Part shown: piece by piece, positions 57,901 through 64,000 of the stretch
Layout of the letters: every line of letters starts with the position of its first letter
Position numbering within the stretch: the first letter of the stretch is position 1
NCBI GenBank assembly: GCA_002269645.1
Contig: NIVC01001992.1
Coordinates: 62,001-126,000 of the forward strand
DNA: 64,000 bases
Direction: 5' to 3'
DNA from: Macrostomum lignano
Taxonomy: Eukaryota
Made by a program: the position numbers and the translations under genes
Notes under the pieces: generated by a model
Told to the model about the DNA's origin: nothing
The model's input: the letters and a program-made list of their open reading frames with translations, nothing else
Database searches by the model: none

Positions 57901-60832
57901 CTTCTCTTCCCTCTCTTCTCTCTACCCTCTTCCCTGCTTCTCTTCCTACTCTCCTCTCCTCCCTCTTTCCTTTCTCTCGTCGCTTCCCTCTTTTCTCCTC
58001 TTGTCTTCTTTCGTATCTCTTCTCTCTCTCTCATGTCGCATCTTCTATTCCCTCTCCTTTCTTTCCTCTCTCAACTAGCCCGCAGCCATGAGCTGGGTTC
58101 TTCATCTGGCTCTTGAGGAAAAAAGTTTGCCAACCCCTGGTGTAGGGGCTGGAGGAGCACTCCAGTATCTCGGTAGTACTTTAGTGGAGCCTCCGGCCGC
58201 CTATAGTAGTACCTTAATGATACATCCAGAACCTATCCTATAGTAACCTTATTGGCACTTCCAACACCCATAGTACTTCTGTTGGGGCTTCCAGACACTC
58301 ACCTGACAGGAATGGTAGTGATGAGGCAAAAGGACACAACCAGACTCTCCAGCTGGGTGAGCAGCTCGATGTCGCTAGAAAGAATCGACAGGGGGTTGCT
58401 GCGCAGCTTCAAAATTTGCAACGACGGTAGCTGAAAAATCGCCGGCGGAATCTCCTGCAAAATCAGTTTTTTCAGGTGATCGATTAATTAAATGGTTCAT
58501 ATTTAAGATGACACTCGAGAAACAGGAGGCAATCAGACAAGCCTATCTCACTGATTCTTAAGCACGCAAACGCACACGGATGCTATACATGTACCAACAC
58601 ATGATCACGGATGCTATACATGTACCAAAACATGATCAGGGATGCTATACATGTGCCAACACATGATCACGGATGCTATACATATACCAACACATGATCA
58701 CGGATGTTCTACATGTGCCAACACATGATCACGGATGCTATACATGTACCAAAAAATGATCACAGATGCTATACATGTGCCAACACATGATCACGGATGC
58801 TATACATATACCAACACATGATCACGGATGCTATACATGTACCAAAACATGATCAGGGATGCTATACATGTACCAACACATGATCAGGGATGCTATACAT
58901 GTAATAACACATGATCAGGGATGCTATACATGTACCAAAAAATGATCACAGATGCTATACATGTGCCAACACATGATCACGGATGCTATACATGTGCCAA
59001 CACATGATTTCTGGATGTGCCAACACATGATCACGGATGTTCTACATGTACCAACACATGATCACGGATGTTCTGGATGTGCCAACACATGATCACGGAT
59101 GTTCTGGATGTGCCAACACATGATCACAGATGCTATACATGTGCCAACACATGATCACGGATGCTATACATGTGCCAACACATGATTTCTGGATGTGCCA
59201 ACACATGATCAGGGATGCTATACATGTACCAAAAAATGATCACAGATGCTATACATGTGCCAACACATGATCACGGATGCTATACATGTGCCAACACATG
59301 ATTTCTGGATGTGCCAACACATGATCACGGATGTTCTACATGTACCAACACATGATCACGGATGTTCTGGATGTGCCAACACATGATCACGGATGCTATA
59401 CATGTGCTAACACATGATCACAAATGCTATACATGTACCAGCACATGCTCACACACACCAACAGATGCAAACGTATTAACGCTTAATAATTAATGAACTT
59501 TCAACTTTTAAAGCTTACGCCTACTAACAGTAGTCTAAATTGACCCGATAACATCTTGTGTTATGGCACAAACCTTGAAGTCATTGTAGGACAAGTTGAC
59601 GTAAGTGAGAGTGTGCCGCAGCACTGACACGTCCGGCAGGGCTGAGATGAAGTTGGCCTTGAGGCTGAGAGCGATTCCACCGGTCAGCATGCAGTCCAGG
59701 ACGCAGATCTCGGCTGGGGATATCTGATTTTCGTCGTATGCTGGAGTGTGGCAGAGTTTGGAGACTTGCAGTTACTGACAGATTTATATTGGGTAGATAA
59801 CATATAGATAGATCATAGATAGATCACAGATAGATCAAAGGTAGATCAAAGGTAGATCTATAGATATAAAGATGTATAGCTTCTATTAAAATAGATAGAT
59901 AGCTTTATATACTCGTACTTCAGAAATGTTCACACAGCTGCATAAAATATTACACAAAACGAAAGAAAGAGCTTTTAATAGTAAATTTACGAGTACCAGC
60001 TTAGTTGTCTGGCATAGAAATTTAATGCATGTCAACAAAAATAAGAAGCCGCTTGTAAAACAAATAAACTTCAATAAAGTACATTGCGATAAAAATAAAG
60101 AAACAGTCGACTGTGGCGTTTCTGGCCTTCATGGGGTTAAATCGTTGTAAGGTCATCAAAGGCAATCAGGTCATCGGGTCATAAGGGTCATCAGTTTATC
60201 GGGTCAAAGGGTCATCAGGCCATAGGGTCCTCAGGTCATCAGGTAGTAGGGTCATCGGGTCATAGAGTCTTCAGGTCATAGGGTCTTTAGGCCATACCGT
60301 CATCAAGTCATAAGGCCATCAGGTCATCGGGCCATATGGTCATACAATGGGTCATGAGTAGGCTGGTCTTTAGCTTCCGGAAAGAGCTGGGACATTCGCG
60401 ATCTTACTGGGCCTCTGCTCGGCCTCATCCTCAGCTTCCGCGCTGTCGCTGGCGTGCTCCAGCTGGCCATTCAGCGGCCAGTAGGAGGCGCTGCCTGCGC
60501 CAGCGCGAGCCGTCTGCGTCGGCGTTGAAGCGGGCGCCGCCGAGTCGACTTTTGGCATCTGACGGCGCCGCTGCCGCTGCCGGTTGGCCAGCTGTTGTGA
60601 GGGCGGGTTCGGGGGCGGGGCGGGGATGGGGGCGGAGCGAAGGGCGGATCGAGGGGTGGTTCGAGGGTCGGATCGAGGGGTGGTTCGAGGGTCGGATCGA
60701 GGGGTGGTTCGAGGGTCGGATCGCGGGGCGGAGTCCGGGCCGAAGGCGGAGACGTCCGGGCATCGGACGACGGCAGCGGCAGCGAATCTGCAGTCCAGGT
60801 CTGCACCAAAGTTGGATGCGGACGCATGGCGT
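54959..60832 (-). CDS. LRRC63: Leucine-rich repeat protein, LRRC63-like; 5' end unresolved
   Basis: Phase-consistent exons 60832-60408, 59740-59574, 58454-58303, 57623-57540, 57302-57158, 55765-55626, 55217-54959. Sequence includes CMLTGGIALSLKANFI..LTYVNLSYNDF, LKLRSNPL, LDVSYNKI, LNVEGNEL, NNFLHPFLW..NS and CECCGGPKFGPGLRLIRP..FGVRYLPLLF.ACSPHC. A possible further 5' exon lies at ~61670-61760. Confidence 0.8.
55430..55545. repeat. Short ~29-bp tandem repeat in the last LRR-gene intron
   Basis: GTCCTTAA.TGACCTTCGATCTCTGT-like units, about 4-5 copies. Confidence 0.7.
55785..57005. repeat. 21/22-bp minisatellite (~57 units) in an LRR-gene intron
   Basis: GACTGTGGCGACTCATCTA(G/C)A with recurring higher-order variant blocks. 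Source of the MATHLETVATHL ORFs. Confidence 0.96.
57719..58139. mobile_element. hAT/Charlie-type MITE containing a CT-rich tract
   Basis: TIR CAGGGGTCGGCCAACT / AGTTTGCCAACCCCTG. Approximate TSD GTGCAGGC(G) / GTGTAGGG. CT microsatellite at 57810-58070. Confidence 0.72.
58570..59450. repeat. ~29-bp minisatellite in an LRR-gene intron
   Basis: ACACATGATCACGGATGCTATACATGT(A/G)CCA, about 30 copies. Confidence 0.95.
60150..60355. repeat. Degenerate GGTCATCAG-type simple repeat
   Basis: Recurrent GGTCAT core every 8-10 bp. Confidence 0.75.
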
Positions 60833-61964
60833 CTTCAGGGTACAAATGAAGGTCGTGGTTAATCGATCATTATAGCTAGAGAGGCAACCAAATGCGCATG
60901 TTTTAATTAAATTCAGAAGTAACTTACATGGAAGCGGCGATGATTAAAAAACTTGTTGGGTAAAATTAGGAAATTGCAGCAATTCACGAAGTTCGGGGAA
61001 ATACTAACCTTAAAGTACACTCAGAACATTGAAAACCACCACCCCAGACCCTGTGCGCCTAAGCGAGAGTTGGAAAACCTTGCGTCATTTGCAGTGCAGT
61101 GAGCTGAAGTCAATCGCTCTGCCAATGCTTTGGGATGGCGGTTTTCAATGTTGCTGAGAAAGTCCAGAAGTCAGCTTGGTAACTGCCTATTGGCTCATTT
61201 AGCTCGTATCGTTTGCCTATCGTTTGCCTATCGTTTGCGCCATTCCACGCACACTGCGGCCTGTCGCTTCTCTACCCCCATTTTATTGCCCCCAATCGCT
61301 AGCCTCCTGGCTGTGGCTGGGAGAGGGTTAAGCTGCCATTTACATTCTATGCGACGCTGACCAATGTACATTGCTTTTGCACTGAATACGAAATGTGTCA
61401 CGTGACTCTTTCTTTATAATATTTATCTGGCCAGCTGTCCACTTCCGTTGTAGAAAATAGCTACAATTTGCTTTACTCGCTACTGAATAAAAGTAGGGGA
61501 AACGTTGCGAGGACCATGTAAAAATGAAAACATGGCCTTGTATTTCTACTGTTGAGTTCGAATGGTTATAGTTATTAAAGCACAAAACGCCAGCATTGTA
61601 CAATATGTTAATTAAAGTAAACAATACTGCTTTTTGGCACTTAGAAGTTGAATTGCATTGAACACTCACTGAATGGAGATGTGGACCGGGTGGCCTCGTG
61701 AAAGTGCTTCGGCATGGAGCCCGTTGTGAAGATCGTCTCCTTTGTTGGATGACCCGTGAGTCTGCGTGATGTTGGTTTAGGATGGGCGAATATAAAATTC
61801 ATATTTTTTAATGTGACGAATTTGTGGTAGCCGTTAGAAGGGTGGAAGGAGAGTCCCTGTCAGCTAGAAGAGCTTTTCTAATTGACAGACTAGAACAGAG
61901 AATATTTTATTTTTTATATTATCACGTTTAGTTTAAATCTTATACAAGAACTCTGTGTTGGACT

Positions 61965-62805
61965 GGAATGGTCCCTGCTAGACTGGAACTCCTGTTAGAC
62001 TGGAATCCCCCTGTTAGACTGGAATCCCCCTGTTAGACTGCAACTCGCCCTGTTAGATTGGAATTTCCTAGACTGGAATTTCCAAGTTAAACTGTCAGTC
62101 TAGACTGGAATCCCCCTGTGGAGACAGGAATTTCCCCTGTTAGACGGGAATTCCCCTGTTAGACAGGAATTCCCCTGTTAGACAGGAATTCCCTGTTAAA
62201 CTGGAATTCCCCTGTTAGACTGGAGTTCTCCCCTGTTGGACTGTAATGGCCCCTTTTAGACTGGAATTTCCCCTGCTAGACTGGAATTTCCCCTGTCAGA
62301 CGGGAATTCCCCTGTCAGACTGGAATTTCCCGTTAGACTGGAATTTCCCCTGCTAGACTGGAATTCCCCTGTCAGACTGGAATTTCCCCTGTCAGACTGG
62401 AATTCCCCTGTTAGACTGGAATTTCCCCTGTTAGACTGGAATTTCCCCTGTTAGACTGGAATTTCCGCTGTCAGACTGGAATTCCCCTGTCAGACTGGAA
62501 TTTCCCCTGTCAGACTGGAATTTCCCCTGCTAGACTGGAATTTCCCCTGTCAGACTGGAATTTCCCCTGCTAGACTGGAATTTCCCCTGTCAGACTGGAA
62601 TTCCCCTGTCAGACTGGAATTTCCCCTGTCAGACTGGAATTTCCCCTGCTAGACTGGAATTTCCCCTGTCAGACTGGAATTTCCCCTGTCAGACTGGAAT
62701 TTCCCCTGTCAGATTGAAATTTCCCCTGTTAGACTGGAATTTCCCCTGTCAGACTGGAATTCCCCTGTCAGACTGGAATTTCCCCTGTTAGACTAGAATT
62801 CCCCA
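61965..62805. repeat. 19/20-bp minisatellite (~42 units)
   Basis: AGACTGGAATT(T)CCCCTGT(T/C); the array runs into the last codons of the ORF that ends at 62788. Confidence 0.96.
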
Positions 62806-64000
62806 GTTATCATCAAATGCGCCGGTCAGCCGCACGCACCGGCCAGCAGCGACAATCCTGTCAATCTCCTGGGCCTTCTTCCCCTCGAACAGCACGATCT
62901 CTGAGTGAGGCGCCTCGCCCACTTTATAGCCAGGCGCAAATTTTGGCAGTCGACGAACTCGACATTCGACTTCAAAATGCAGCGCCTCTCTGACGCGGTC
63001 TTTGATCAAAGCGGCCATCTCGTAGAGAGCCTGCGCATGCGGCACCCGCTGGGGAGCCTCCTCAGACATGGACTCTGCGGGAGGCGACAAACCGAGCGAG
63101 TGACTGGTTTTTTTAGTTTTTTTTTAGATTCTATGCTTCACTTGAAAATATGTGACTGGATTGAGTAAACTTGGTGAAATTATTATTTACATATTTATCT
63201 TGTATTCCCCTAATATTTATTGTTACACAATATTTGGTTCATATTACAGTGATTTGTAAATATTTTCAGCATACCAATAGTGAAAAATATAATATACTAA
63301 AATTATGTTCAATGTAAATGCAGATTAAAAAACTCGCGCGCATACAAGCAAAAGAGTAGGAGATGAATGTTGATGCAAAAAATTAAGATGGCACCTTTTG
63401 TGAATTCTGAAGAATCTTTTCTTGCTTGGAAGCTAAAATAAAGTGTCAGAAATTTACTTTTAATAATATAAAATTACTGAATATGTTTTTTTATTATTTC
63501 TGAGCTTTTAAATTTCAAAATAAATTGCTTACTCAATGAAATTAAATACAGGAGAGTTTTTATTTATTAATCGAGGTCAAATTTTCCTATAATTTAATGC
63601 TTGTAGTCGGTTTAATGGTAATTTGAATAATTATAATATGGCTACATATAAATCTAAAATCAATTCTGTTGTTTTACAATGACATTTTGATGGAAACTCA
63701 GCATACCAAACCAGCAAAATGTATGTCTACTAAAATTGATCAACTTTTTTACAACTACAACTTACAACTTATTACAACTTATTGAACAACTTATTCAACT
63801 TATTCACCAATATCAGCAAACTCATGACATACTTTCAAAAAGGAACTGAAAATTTTGAAAGGGTTACTCACCCATGGCATCCAAATCGACATCAACAAAC
63901 GAAATCGTTGTGTTTTGTCCATTAAGCTTAGTTGCAACAAACTCAGTGATCTTTTTATAATTTGCACTTGAAAATATGATCTGCTGGGCTTCCGAGACAG
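62788..64000 (-). CDS. Unidentified spliced gene entering from the right edge
   Basis: Exon >64000-63872 (VSEAQQIIFSSANYKKITEF...ISFVDVDLDAM, G|gtgagt) joins in phase 1 to exon 63074-62788 (ccgcag|AG: ESMSEEAPQRVPHAQALYEMAALIKDRVREALHFEVEC...TGAFDDNWGILV*). No family recognised. Confidence 0.65.

Overview
Eukaryotic (metazoan) genomic DNA with GT-AG spliceosomal genes: GC-rich exons sit in AT-rich, minisatellite-filled introns. The style resembles the flatworm Macrostomum, but that is an inference and was not verified. Genes reconstructed by hand with phase-consistent splice sites: intronless NTF2 (-); an 8-exon CLC-3/4/5-type Cl-/H+ exchanger (+); an EF-hand/WD40 protein of the WDR49/WDY group (-); a stand-alone CYB5R4-type cytochrome b5 (+); a 1430-aa coiled-coil protein with a near-identical 119-aa repeat, SxIP-like motifs and a C-terminal CaaX box (-); RPL15 (+); an LRRC63-like LRR gene (-); and an unidentified gene entering from the right edge (-). 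The middle of the window is a nest of DNA transposons, several with clear TIRs and target-site duplications: a hAT carrying an LTR plus a tRNA-Leu primer-binding site, a FLYWCH-MULE, a decayed intron-containing hAT in a three-level nest, a foldback element and MITEs. Two CORE-type tRNA SINEs are also present. Many long ORFs in the supplied track are artefacts of tandem repeats or of antisense reading of GC-rich exons. No CRISPR array, rRNA or intact tRNA gene is supported.
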